64,000 nt of DNA. Origin: an uncultured delta proteobacterium. Lineage in GTDB: Bacteria > Myxococcota_A > Polyangia > Polyangiales > Polyangiaceae. The position numbers and the translations under genes are program-made. The notes under the pieces are model-generated. The model was not told the origin of the DNA. It searched no databases and saw only the letters and a program-made list of their open reading frames with translations. Of this stretch, positions 63,983-64,000 are shown piece after piece. The stretch covers positions 1-64,000 of the forward strand of contig CAVQUB010000013.1 of assembly GCA_963716725.1 (NCBI GenBank), written 5' to 3'. Positions within the stretch are counted from its first letter, which is position 1. Each line of letters begins with the position of its first letter.

Positions 63983-64000
63983 AGTAGCCCTTGCGCGTCA

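Overview
High-GC window from a Myxococcota genome, probably Polyangiales-like. This assignment is inferred from MYXO-CTERM proteins, many Cys/Gly-rich lipoproteins and a TSP3-OmpA protein. Bases 1-57.7 kb are mostly core genome: a DUF58-batABCDE-type vWA operon, VanW, MoaD, a divergent RNase HII-like gene, MATE, a 5'-nucleotidase-like/multiheme cytochrome fusion, a Ser/Thr kinase, MlaD, rpmG divergent from rpmH-rnpA-yidD-yidC-jag, pspA, a CDF exporter, guaB, TetR, two tRNA-Ser, gcvPB and a ccsA-hemA-hemC-lpxK operon. Small indels in essential genes (yidC, guaB) point to long-read assembly errors. The last 6 kb is the most interesting part. A ~0.5-0.7 kb densely base-paired non-coding region lies upstream of a 411-aa HNH nuclease gene whose C-terminus resembles RuvA domain III. 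That gene is cleanly split by a 3258-bp three-gene Mu/Tn7-like transposon (TGT...ACA ends, 5-bp CCCCC duplication) and is followed by a truncated IS1182-like element. A MITE-like hairpin element sits at 26.5 kb. All family assignments come from motif recognition by eye; no searches were run.
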